Source: Euzebyales bacterium (GTDB lineage: Bacteria; Actinomycetota; Nitriliruptoria; Euzebyales; Egibacteraceae). Taken from it: a DNA stretch of 24,000 nt. The notes under the pieces are model-generated. The model did not search any database. It was not told the DNA's origin and saw only the letters and a program-made list of their open reading frames with translations. Position 1 is the first letter of the stretch. Each line of letters opens with the position of its first letter. Both the position numbers and the translations under genes were made by a program. The DNA lies in assembly GCA_038233095.1 (NCBI GenBank), contig JBBSMR010000003.1, forward strand, positions 74,476-98,475, read 5' to 3'. Positions 8,515 through 16,500 of this stretch are shown here, one piece after another.

Positions 8515-8880
8515 CGTCCTGTCGGGCCGGTTTCCCTGGGGTGCGGGGCACGGCGAACCTCGCTGGCGTTGTGGACGGCGCGACGCGCTGATGTCGGTCC
8601 CCCTGGCCGCAGCTTCTCCCGGATACCGGAGCAAGTTGCGACTGCAGTCTCCACTGAGAGGCTCGTGCGTCGGTCGTGCGTCCGGCGGGGAAGGCCAACG
8701 TCCAAGCGCACCACGCAGGGTGCTCCGACTGTGCAGCACACTCAAGGACCCCGTCTACCCGTCCGATGCCCTCGTCTACGTTCAGGATGGCGGGGTGGGC
8801 TGGCCGGCTCGCGGGACGGGGGTGCGCGTTGAGTCCGGTGATCGTCGCGGGGGGATCGCCGCGGCGCTGCTGCTCGTCCC

Positions 8881-9105
8881 GTGTGGGCTGCCGGACTGGT
8901 GCCGGGGAGCCTTGGATCCGGTTTGGCCGTCGTGTATGTAGTCAGTGAGCAGAAGATCGTGATGGGGATCATCTATGCGGCGCAGGGCGTGCTCTGGGTC
9001 TGCTACCCCTGGCTCATGCTGAGGGGCCTCCGCTCGGTCCGAGAAGACGATCGGCGCGCCAGAGCCGCACGGGGCGGCGGGCGCCAGCGCGGAGAGACCC
9101 AGTAG
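8881..9105 (+). CDS. Possible small membrane protein (74 aa from GTG 8881, or 47 aa from ATG 8962)
   Basis: Two hydrophobic segments (AAGLVPGSLGSGLAVVYVV and IVMGIIYAAQGVLWVCYPWLML) followed by a basic tail. G/C third-position bias about 78% by hand count. No convincing SD and no recognised family. Confidence 0.3.
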   Translation: MWAAGLVPGSLGSGLAVVYVVSEQKIVMGIIYAAQGVLWVCYPWLMLRGLRSVREDDRRARAARGGGRQRGETQ

Positions 9106-9138
9106 CCTAGGGACCGCGGTCGTTGCCGCCTGTCGGCG

Positions 9139-9222
9139 TGAGTGACGACCGGATGGTGGGCATGATTCGCCCCCGTCGTCACTCAGTCGCTTCTGACCTG
9201 CGGAAACGCGGCTGAGTGACGA
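9139..9222. repeat. Three copies of an 11-bp element (TGAGTGACGAC direct, inverted, direct) spaced about 36 bp apart
   Basis: Copy 1 is 9139-9149 TGAGTGACGAC. Copy 2 is 9175-9185 GTCGTCACTCA, the exact reverse complement. Copy 3 is 9212-9222 CTGAGTGACGA. Copy 2 can pair with copy 1 or copy 3 (11 bp each, 25-nt loops). A degenerate fourth copy, GTCGTCAATC, lies at 9251-9260. Confidence 0.8.
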
Positions 9223-9303
9223 GGAGGGAAGCCTCGAACCCTGACCTTCCGTCGTCAATCGCGCAACTGGCCGCAACGCAATCTGTGCAGCGGCGTTCCC
9301 GAG

Positions 9304-10167
9304 TCAGGCGCGGCGGGCGACGCCTTCGCGTCGCGCCGCGAGGAGCGCGGACGCGCCGAAGACGACGGCGCTGCCGAGCACCCACGCGAGGTGGACGACC
9401 GCAGAGGCCGTCGGGATGCCCGTGAACGCCGCGACGTCCGACGCCGGTGCCATCTGCCGCCAGGCGAGCTGTCCGAAGTGGTACGTGGGCAGCCACACAG
9501 CGAGCGTGCTGAGGAAGCCCGGCAGCTCCGAGAGCGGGAAGAAGAAGCCGGAGCAGAACGACAGCGGGAGGAAGATCAGGTTGGCGATCGCGGCGGCCGC
9601 TCGCGGGCGGACGAGGTAGGCGATCGCGAAGCCGAGGGTGCTGAACGCCAGCACGCCGGCGAGCATGACGGCGGCGAAGGCGAGCCAGTTCCAAGCGTCC
9701 AGTGAGAGACCGCCGGCAAGGACCGCAACGGCGCTCATGGTCACGACGATGAGGGTGGCGTAGATGACGGCCATGGCCATCTTGCCGGACAAGTGCACCC
9801 ACGAAGGCAGCGGCGTGGCGCGCAGCGTGCGAGTCCACCCGCGGCCACGCTCCGCGGCGAGCTCGTCGCCGAAGGTGAAGATTGCGAGTGAGACGATGCC
9901 GTAGGCGCTCAGCGAGACGAGCATCATGACGCCGTAGGGCGTGCCGGCTGGCAGCGTGATGGACGCCCCAGGCAGCCCGAACATCGCATAGAGCAACACC
10001 GGCACGGCAACAACACCGATGACGAACTCGATGCTGCGGAAGGCAGCGAGGACCTCCGTGCGCACCTGCAGCGCCAGCAAGCCGAGCGGACCTCCGTTGC
10101 GCCGGGTCAGCGGCGGGCTCGCGGGGGTGGGCGCGTACGTCGTGGCGGAGGAAGCGGAAGCGGTCAT
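9304..10167 (-). CDS. ABC-2 type transporter permease
   Basis: 287 aa with about six hydrophobic helices. ATGA overlap with the upstream ATPase stop (10164-10167). Confidence 0.85.
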   Translation of the reverse strand: MTASASSATTYAPTPASPPLTRRNGGPLGLLALQVRTEVLAAFRSIEFVIGVVAVPVLLYAMFGLPGASITLPAGTPYGVMMLVSLSAYGIVSLAIFTFGDELAAERGRGWTRTLRATPLPSWVHLSGKMAMAVIYATLIVVTMSAVAVLAGGLSLDAWNWLAFAAVMLAGVLAFSTLGFAIAYLVRPRAAAAIANLIFLPLSFCSGFFFPLSELPGFLSTLAVWLPTYHFGQLAWRQMAPASDVAAFTGIPTASAVVHLAWVLGSAVVFGASALLAARREGVARRA

Positions 10168-11108
10168 GAGGGGGCTCCATCCAGGGTCGGGACCGGCGGT
10201 GCCGCGCGCGTCAAATGCACGAAGGCGTCCTCCAAGTCAGCGTCGGCGACGGTGAGGTCAGAGATGGCGTGCCCGCCGAGCACCAACGGGACCAGCACAT
10301 CCTCAGCCTTGGCGGCGTGGACGAGCAGACGCTGCATTCCTGGTGGCGCCGGGCCGCCGCCGACGTCGTCGAGCTCGATGCGCTCGGCGCCTGGCAGCGC
10401 GGTGACCACGGCCACTGGGGCGTCCGTGGTGACCCGGATCGTCTTCGACGCGACGAGCCGCTTCAGCGCGGCGGGGGGCGCGTCGGCGATCAGCCGTCCG
10501 TCCCCCAGCACCACGACCCGGTCGGCGACCGCGTCGGCCTCGGCGAGGTCGTGCGTGGCGAACAGCATCGTGGCCCCGTCCCGAACGCTCGCGCGGGTCC
10601 GCTCCCAGAAGGCCCGACGGGACGCCACGTCCATCGCCGCGGTCGGCTCGTCGAGCAGCAGCAGCTCGGGGGCGGACACGATCGCCAGCGCCAGGAGCAG
10701 CCGCTGCCGCTCGCCACCCGAGAGATCGGTGACGGTGCGCCTGCGACGATCGGTCAGCCCGACGCGTGCCAGCACCTCGTCGACCGGCAGCGCCACCGGA
10801 TAGCTGCGCCCGATCAGGCGCACCAGCTCCGAGACCGTGACCTGCTCGGGCAACCCGGCGTCCTGCAGCATGACCCCGAGCCGGCGCTTGACCCGCCCGC
10901 CTGGGGCCTCTCCGAGGACGCGCGCCTCCCCGCTGGTCGGCCGAGCGAGCCCGAGGAGCAGCTCGAAGGCCGTCGTCTTCCCCGCCCCGTTCGGGCCGAG
11001 GAGAGCGACGACCTCGCCTCGAGCGACCCGCAGGTCGAGGCCGGCGAGTGCCTCCACCGACCCGTAACGCTTGTGCACCGAGCGCAGTTCCAGCACCGTC
11101 ACGTCCAT
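10164..11108 (-). CDS. ABC transporter ATP-binding protein (exporter-type)
   Basis: Walker A GPNGAGKTT, signature LSGGERQR, Walker B LLLLDEP. Start is ambiguous (GTG 11111, ATG 11108, or a GTG two codons downstream); AGGAGG lies immediately upstream. Confidence 0.9.
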   Translation of the reverse strand: MDVTVLELRSVHKRYGSVEALAGLDLRVARGEVVALLGPNGAGKTTAFELLLGLARPTSGEARVLGEAPGGRVKRRLGVMLQDAGLPEQVTVSELVRLIGRSYPVALPVDEVLARVGLTDRRRRTVTDLSGGERQRLLLALAIVSAPELLLLDEPTAAMDVASRRAFWERTRASVRDGATMLFATHDLAEADAVADRVVVLGDGRLIADAPPAALKRLVASKTIRVTTDAPVAVVTALPGAERIELDDVGGGPAPPGMQRLLVHAAKAEDVLVPLVLGGHAISDLTVADADLEDAFVHLTRAAPPVPTLDGAPS

Positions 11109-11152
11109 CACCTCCTGCCCGAGACGCTAGGGACATCACCGCCGCGCGTCTT

Positions 11153-11191
11153 GTGCCAGACGTCATGTTTCGCAGGCATGACTTCTGGCAC
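11153..11191. promoter_or_regulatory. 15-bp-arm inverted repeat (14/15 match, 9-bp spacer) between the ABC exporter and the two-component operon
   Basis: GTGCCAGACGTCATG (11153-11167), then TTTCGCAGG, then CATGACTTCTGGCAC (11177-11191). Lies in the 116-bp divergent intergenic region. Confidence 0.4.
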
Positions 11192-11227
11192 CTGCGAGCT
11201 GTCGGTCGGCAGGCGTAGGGTCACGGT

Positions 11228-12358
11228 GTGAGCGAGCGCAACCTCGAGCGGCTGGGGATGGCCGCGGGCGCGATCGCCTGGTTGGCGGTCGGCGTCCCCG
11301 TGCTGCTCGAGCAGCTGCTGGGCTCAGGCGACATCATCAACGGGCCCGCCTGGGTGTGGTGGCTCGCCTACCTTGGCTATCTCGTCGCGTTCATGCTGGC
11401 CGACGCGGATCGTCTTCCCGGCTGGCTGACTCCTCACTGGCTGCTGGGGGCGCAGACGGTGCTCGGGGGCATCGTGTACGCGATGACGCTGGGGTTCGGC
11501 TGGACGGCCGTGCTGCTCGTGGTCACCGCGGTGACCGCCGCCTACGTCCTCGACACGCGCGGGACCATGGCGCTCGTCGCCGCGCAGACCGCCTTCATCG
11601 CCGTCGCCTCGCTCTTCGCCGGCGCCGACGCGCTCAATATCTTCCTCTCCGTCGTCGTCTACGGGAGCTTCCAGGCCTTCAGCGTGCTCGTGGTCTGGAG
11701 CGAGCTGCGCGAGGCCGAGGCGCGCGCCAGCCTCGCGGAGGCGAACGCTCAGCTGCGCGCCGCGACGGTGCTGCTCGACGAGTCCAGCCGGGTGACCGAG
11801 CGGCTGCGCATCGCGCGCGACCTGCACGACCTCATCGGACATCAGCTCACGGCGCTGGCGCTCGAGCTCGAGGTGGCGTCACATCGCAGCAGCTCGCCCG
11901 CCAGTGAGCACGTGAGCCGGGCGCGCCGGATCGCGAAGGAGCTGCTGTCGGATGTCCGCTCTGCGGTGGGAGAGCTGCGGGAACCGACCCCGGGACTGCG
12001 CTCCGCGCTGGAGGCGGTGGTCGCCGACCTTCCACATCCCGAGATCCACCTGCACGTGCCGGCACACGTCGAGGCTGACGAGGAGCGCACGATGGCGCTC
12101 GTCCGCTGCGTCCAGGAGATCGTGACGAACGCGGTGCGCCACGCTGACGCCGACCACCTCTGGATCCGCCTCGCTGCGACCGAGGGCGGAGGGACGCGCC
12201 TCGAAGCGCGCGACGACGGACGGGGGGTCGCGGCCCTGCGGCCCGGCAACGGGCTGACCGGCATCCGGGAACGGATCGAGCAGCTCGGAGGCGAGGTGGC
12301 GTTCGAGGTGGGTCCCGGGCGCGGCTTTCTGGTCGTCGCGGAGGTGCCCGCCCCGTGA
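11228..12358 (+). CDS. Sensor histidine kinase, HisKA_3 (NarL-partner) type, membrane-embedded sensor
   Basis: About six N-terminal TM helices with short loops. H-box RLRIARDLHDLIGHQLTAL. HATPase_c motifs NAVRHA, DDGRG and GNGLTGIRER. GTG 11228 start (alternative ATG 11258). Confidence 0.85.
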   Translation: MSERNLERLGMAAGAIAWLAVGVPVLLEQLLGSGDIINGPAWVWWLAYLGYLVAFMLADADRLPGWLTPHWLLGAQTVLGGIVYAMTLGFGWTAVLLVVTAVTAAYVLDTRGTMALVAAQTAFIAVASLFAGADALNIFLSVVVYGSFQAFSVLVVWSELREAEARASLAEANAQLRAATVLLDESSRVTERLRIARDLHDLIGHQLTALALELEVASHRSSSPASEHVSRARRIAKELLSDVRSAVGELREPTPGLRSALEAVVADLPHPEIHLHVPAHVEADEERTMALVRCVQEIVTNAVRHADADHLWIRLAATEGGGTRLEARDDGRGVAALRPGNGLTGIRERIEQLGGEVAFEVGPGRGFLVVAEVPAP

Positions 12359-13026
12359 TCGAGGTGTGTGTCGTCGATGACCAGACGCTTGTCCGAGAGG
12401 GGGTCCGCAGCCTCTTGGAGCTCGCCGAAGACGTGGTCGTCACCGGCGAGGCGGTGGACGGCGACGCGGCGCTCGACCTCATCGCGCGTCAGCCCCCCGA
12501 CGTGGTGCTGCTGGACCTGCGCATGCCGCGACGCGACGGCATCGCGACGCTGGAGGCATTGCGCGCACGCGGGATCGACCTGCCCGTCCTGGTCCTGACG
12601 ACCTTCGACGATGATGAGCTCGTCCTGCGCGCGCTGCGGGCGGGTGCCCGCGGGTACCTTTTGAAGGACGTCACGCTCGATCAGCTGGTCGAGGCGATCC
12701 GCACCCTCGCCAGCGGCGGGACCCTCGTTCAACCTGCGGTGACCGAGCGGATGGCGCGCGCGCTCGCGGAGCAACCGGAGTCCGATGCGTTCACCGAGCT
12801 ACCCGCGCCGCAGCCGTTGACGGAGAGGGAGCTGGAGATCCTGCGCCTGCTCGCGGGCGGGTATGCCAACCGGGAGATCGCCGCGGCGCTCTATCTCGCG
12901 CCAGGCACGGTGAAGAACCACGTCTCCAGCCTGCTCATGAAGCTCGGCGTCCGGGACCGCACGCGCGCTGTGCTGCGCGCGCTGCACCTCGGACTTCTGA
13001 CCCACGATGCCGGTCAGAACCCATGA
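12355..13026 (+). CDS. LuxR/NarL-family response regulator
   Basis: Receiver domain (VVDDQ..., DVVLLDLRMP, LTTFDDD, GYLLKD) plus a C-terminal LuxR HTH (LTERELEILRLLAGGYANREIAAALYLAPGTVKNHVSSLLMKLGV). GTGA overlap with the kinase stop. Confidence 0.9.
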   Translation: MIEVCVVDDQTLVREGVRSLLELAEDVVVTGEAVDGDAALDLIARQPPDVVLLDLRMPRRDGIATLEALRARGIDLPVLVLTTFDDDELVLRALRAGARGYLLKDVTLDQLVEAIRTLASGGTLVQPAVTERMARALAEQPESDAFTELPAPQPLTERELEILRLLAGGYANREIAAALYLAPGTVKNHVSSLLMKLGVRDRTRAVLRALHLGLLTHDAGQNP

Positions 13027-13074
13027 TCGCCCGAGGGTCTTGAACGTCACCGGCTTCCCCGGGCCCCGAGGCTG

Positions 13075-13452
13075 TCAGTACGGCGGCTGAAGATCGGGGA
13101 TCATCGGGAAGTGCCGCACGTTGCGGGTCAACAGCGGGGCGTCCAAGAGGCTCGCTGTCGCGGCGATGAGATAGTCGCTGGCATCAATACCGGAATAGGC
13201 CGCCCGGAAGCTCCTCGCGAAACTCGTTGCAAGGCGGATGATGTCCTCCGTGACGGGAATCCATTCGATGGCCGCCATGAAGCGTTCGACCGCTTCCTCG
13301 TCGTCATCTCGGACGCCGGCCAGCAGCTCGAACCGAACGATCTCACTGCCGATCATGTCTGTCCCAGCCGACAGCAGCTCATCGACCAACGCCCCAGCCG
13401 GCTCGTAGCCACGAAGATAGTCGATGGCGACGCTCGCATCGACCGATCTCAC
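13075..13452 (-). CDS. vapC: PIN-domain ribonuclease toxin
   Basis: Track ORF 13075..13539, trimmed to GTG 13450-13452, which overlaps the antitoxin stop (GTGA). An alternative GTG lies at 13458. PIN acidic residues sit in SVDASVAIDYL, EIVRFELL, DASDYLIAATA and LLTRNVRHF. Confidence 0.8.
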   Translation of the reverse strand: MRSVDASVAIDYLRGYEPAGALVDELLSAGTDMIGSEIVRFELLAGVRDDDEEAVERFMAAIEWIPVTEDIIRLATSFARSFRAAYSGIDASDYLIAATASLLDAPLLTRNVRHFPMIPDLQPPY

Positions 13453-13709
13453 GACCACCCGAGCTGTTCGAGGCGCTCGTTCAGGTCGCCGCGGATCCTC
13501 TCGACAAACTCCTCTCCGGTGAGTGGAAAGTCTCGCCACGCCCCGAAGCTCGATCGGAGAAGAGCGATCCGCGCTTCACGATCCGTCTTCCCATACCGCT
13601 CTCGGACAGCGCGTCGAATGAGCTCAGAACGCGAGGCGCCGGTGCGCGCGGCCGCCCGATCGAGCAACTCAACGTCTTCTGCCGCGAGGTAGATCTGCGT
13701 GCGTTGCAT
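13449..13709 (-). CDS. vapB: Ribbon-helix-helix (CopG-like) antitoxin
   Basis: Track ORF 13449..13859, trimmed to ATG 13707-13709. MQRTQIYLAAEDVELLDRAAARTGASRSELIRRAVRERYG is a canonical RHH N-terminus. Lies directly upstream of the PIN gene and overlaps it. Confidence 0.75.
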   Translation of the reverse strand: MQRTQIYLAAEDVELLDRAAARTGASRSELIRRAVRERYGKTDREARIALLRSSFGAWRDFPLTGEEFVERIRGDLNERLEQLGWS

Positions 13710-13849
13710 GACGCCACTGTACATCACCCGGCGTCCCTCAGGCGCGGGCGGAACTGCCGCCCGGTCGTGACGGCACGAGAGTGATCGCGGCGGCCCCCTC
13801 GATCGACGTACTACGCTTTCCTCGACTTCCGACAAGAGGTAGGGATGAC

Positions 13850-14872
13850 TTGCGAACACTGACGGGACGGCTTGTTCAGATCCTGTTGGCCGTGGTGCTG
13901 GTCGCCTGCGGTGGGACGCCCGGTGAGGCGACCGACAGTTCGCCGACCACCGCCGTGGCCCAGCGTGGGGGCGCGGCCGGCACCATCCGCCTGTACACCT
14001 CCGTCACCCAGGACACGGTCGACGCCGTGCTGCAAGGCTTCCAGAGTTCGAACCCCGACGTCAAGGCCGAGGTCTTCCGCGCCCCGACGGGTGAGTTGAA
14101 CGCGCGTCTGGCGGCCGAGCAGCGCTCAGGCGGCGTCAAGGCGGATGTGCTGTGGCTGACCGACCCCCTGTCGATGTACGCCTACGACGAGCAGGACCTG
14201 CTGGCCGAGTGGACGCCAAACGGCGCGGAGGCGATCCCTGAGCAGTTCAGGACCGAACGGTTCTGGGGCACCCGCATCCTCAACCTCGTGATCGTCCACC
14301 GGCAAGGCCTGCAACCCGCCCCGACGGGCTGGCAGGACCTGGCCGACGACGCCTACAGCGAGCCGGTGGCCTTCCCCGACCCGGCCTTCGCCGGGTCGTC
14401 GTTCGCGGCGCTCGGCTACTTCGCGCTCGATGAGGAGTTCGGCTTCGACTACTACCGGGCGCTCAGGGCGAACGGTGCCGTTGAGGTGCAGGCGCCCGAT
14501 GAGGTCATCACCGGGGTCGCGGAGGGCCGGTTCTCCGCCGGCATGTCGCTGGACAAGAGCGTCCGGGACGCGGCCGAGGAGGGCGCGCCGATCGAGCTGG
14601 TCTGGCCCGAGCCCGGTGCGATCGCGCTCTACAGCCCGATCGCGGTGATCAGGAGCACGACGAACGAGGAGGCCGCCCAGGCGCTGGCCTCCTTCGTGCT
14701 CACCGAGCCCGCACAGGCCGCGATCGCCTCCACGGGTTGGCAGCCCGTGCTCCCCGGTGTCGAGGGGCCGCCGATGCCGACGGACGCCGAGCAGGTGTTC
14801 CCCGACTGGGAGGCCGCCTTCGGCCGTCAGGACGAGCTGCTCAGCGAGTACCGCTCGAGCCTCGGAGACTGA
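13850..14872 (+). CDS. ABC transporter substrate-binding lipoprotein, Fe(III)/thiamine-type (AfuA/FbpA-like, family 1 SBP)
   Basis: Track ORF 13781..14872. TTG 13850 gives MRTLTGRLVQILLAVVLVACGG, a lipoprotein signal with lipobox LVAC, and has GAGGT about 9 nt upstream. The mature part (IRLYTS...ELNARLAAEQ...ADVLWLTDP) resembles COG1840-type iron-binding proteins (recollection). Confidence 0.75.
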   Translation: MRTLTGRLVQILLAVVLVACGGTPGEATDSSPTTAVAQRGGAAGTIRLYTSVTQDTVDAVLQGFQSSNPDVKAEVFRAPTGELNARLAAEQRSGGVKADVLWLTDPLSMYAYDEQDLLAEWTPNGAEAIPEQFRTERFWGTRILNLVIVHRQGLQPAPTGWQDLADDAYSEPVAFPDPAFAGSSFAALGYFALDEEFGFDYYRALRANGAVEVQAPDEVITGVAEGRFSAGMSLDKSVRDAAEEGAPIELVWPEPGAIALYSPIAVIRSTTNEEAAQALASFVLTEPAQAAIASTGWQPVLPGVEGPPMPTDAEQVFPDWEAAFGRQDELLSEYRSSLGD

Positions 14873-16500
14873 TGCGACGCTCAAGAGGCTGGGAGCGGTC
14901 CGGTCGCCTCGTCGTCGGCCTCGCGCTGGCGCTGCTGGTGGGCTACCCGCTGGTGCGGCTGGTGCTCGCCGCCTTCGCCGACGGGCCCGAGCCGGTGCTG
15001 GCCACCTTCGAGCGCTCCGGAATCGCCCGCGCGGTCGGCAACACGGTGTGGACGTCAGCGGCGGTGACTGCGGCGGCGGTGGCGCTGGGTACCGCCGGGG
15101 CGCTGACCATCGAGCGTGGCGCGGTGCCCGCGCGGCGCTGGCTGCGCGCGGGGCTGCTGCTCCCGCTGCTCGTCCCGCCGTTCGTGGCCGCGCTCGGCTG
15201 GACAGCCGGATACGGGCCGGGCGGGGTGCTGGACGACGCTGTGGGAGTGGCGGTCCCACAACTGTACGGACCCGTCGGTGTGATCACGGTCATCACCGTC
15301 AACGCCGTGCCGTTGGCCTATCTGATCGTGGCCGGAGCCTTGCGCGGACGGGCCGAACCTGACCTTGAGCGGGCGGCGCGCGTCAGCGGGGCCAGTGTAC
15401 GAACGGCCCTGTGGACGATCACGTTGCCGCTCCTGCGCCCCGCGCTCGGAGCCTCTGCGGTCGTGGTCTTCGTCTTCTCCGTCAACAGCTTCGGGGTGCC
15501 CGCCGTGCTCGGCACGCCCGCCGGCTTCGAGACGATGACCACGGTGATCTACCAGAACCTGGCGTTCGCCGCGGATCCCGACGCCTTCACCCGCGTGCTC
15601 GTCCTGGCCGTCGCGCTCGTACTCGTCGCGGTGGGCGCGGTGGCCGTCAGCGACGCCGTCGCGGCGGGCGGGCGGGTGCGGCGCACCGGCGGGCCGGCGG
15701 GAACAACCTCCGCCCACGTCACGACGCAGGGTCGGTGGGCGGCCGCGGTGGCCTGGGGCTACGTCGGCGCCACCAGCCTGGTTCCGCTGGTCGCCTTGGT
15801 CCTGCTCGCGCTCACCCGGGCGGTGGGGCTGCCGCCCGCCCCGCGGTACTGGACGCTGCAGAACTTCGCGGACGCCGTCGATGGGCGGACCCTCAGCTCG
15901 CTCGGGCACAGCCTGCTGCTCGCGGCGGTCGCCGCGACCCTGCTGGTCTGCCTCGGCGGCCTGGTCGCCGCGCTGGAGAGATCGCCAGCGGCACGACGGC
16001 TCGGCACCCTCGCCACGATGACGTTCGCCCTGCCCGGATCGGCGCTGGCCGTCGCCGTGCTGCTCGCCTACGGCAGTGTGCTTGCCGACACCCTGGCGAT
16101 CATCCTCGTGGCCTATCTGGGCAAGCTGTGGGCGTTGGGCCACCGGCCGCTGGCCGCCGCCGTTGATCGGCTCCCCGGAGACGTCCACCGAGCCGCGCGC
16201 GCTTCGGGGGCAGGACCCGCCACGACCCTGATCACCGTCGTCGCGCCGCTGCTCAGCCCCGCGCTCGCCGCCGGGTGGGTGCTGGTCTTCCTCTTCGCGT
16301 TCCACGAGCTGACGATGTCCGCGCTGCTGTACGGACCGGGAACCGCGACGCTGGGGGTCGCCGTGCTCAACCTGCAGCAGCTCGGCGACACGCCGGCGAC
16401 CGCGGCGCTCGCCATCCTGCTCACGGCGGGCGTTCTCGTGGGCGCCGCGCCCCTGCTCGTCTTCCGCGGGACCTGGTCCCGGCTGAGGCGGGTGGACTAG
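14872..16500 (+). CDS. ABC transporter permease, duplicated (about 12-TM) Fe(III)-type (AfuB/FbpB-like)
   Basis: Track ORF 14737..16500, trimmed to ATG 14872, which overlaps the SBP stop by 1 nt (TGATG). Two repeated MetI-like halves, highly hydrophobic, 542 aa. Confidence 0.85.
   Translation: MRRSRGWERSGRLVVGLALALLVGYPLVRLVLAAFADGPEPVLATFERSGIARAVGNTVWTSAAVTAAAVALGTAGALTIERGAVPARRWLRAGLLLPLLVPPFVAALGWTAGYGPGGVLDDAVGVAVPQLYGPVGVITVITVNAVPLAYLIVAGALRGRAEPDLERAARVSGASVRTALWTITLPLLRPALGASAVVVFVFSVNSFGVPAVLGTPAGFETMTTVIYQNLAFAADPDAFTRVLVLAVALVLVAVGAVAVSDAVAAGGRVRRTGGPAGTTSAHVTTQGRWAAAVAWGYVGATSLVPLVALVLLALTRAVGLPPAPRYWTLQNFADAVDGRTLSSLGHSLLLAAVAATLLVCLGGLVAALERSPAARRLGTLATMTFALPGSALAVAVLLAYGSVLADTLAIILVAYLGKLWALGHRPLAAAVDRLPGDVHRAARASGAGPATTLITVVAPLLSPALAAGWVLVFLFAFHELTMSALLYGPGTATLGVAVLNLQQLGDTPATAALAILLTAGVLVGAAPLLVFRGTWSRLRRVD

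Noticed and set aside
9139-9260. Considered whether the repeated 11-mers are a mini CRISPR array
   Set aside because: There are only three or four copies. The repeats are 11 bp (far too short) and in mixed orientation. No cas genes are nearby.
13781-13849. Track start (GTG 13781) for the substrate-binding protein
   Set aside because: It adds 23 non-signal-like residues (MIAAAPSIDVLRFPRLPTRGRDD) ahead of a clean lipoprotein signal. TTG 13850 with an upstream GAGGT is preferred, though it is not proven.
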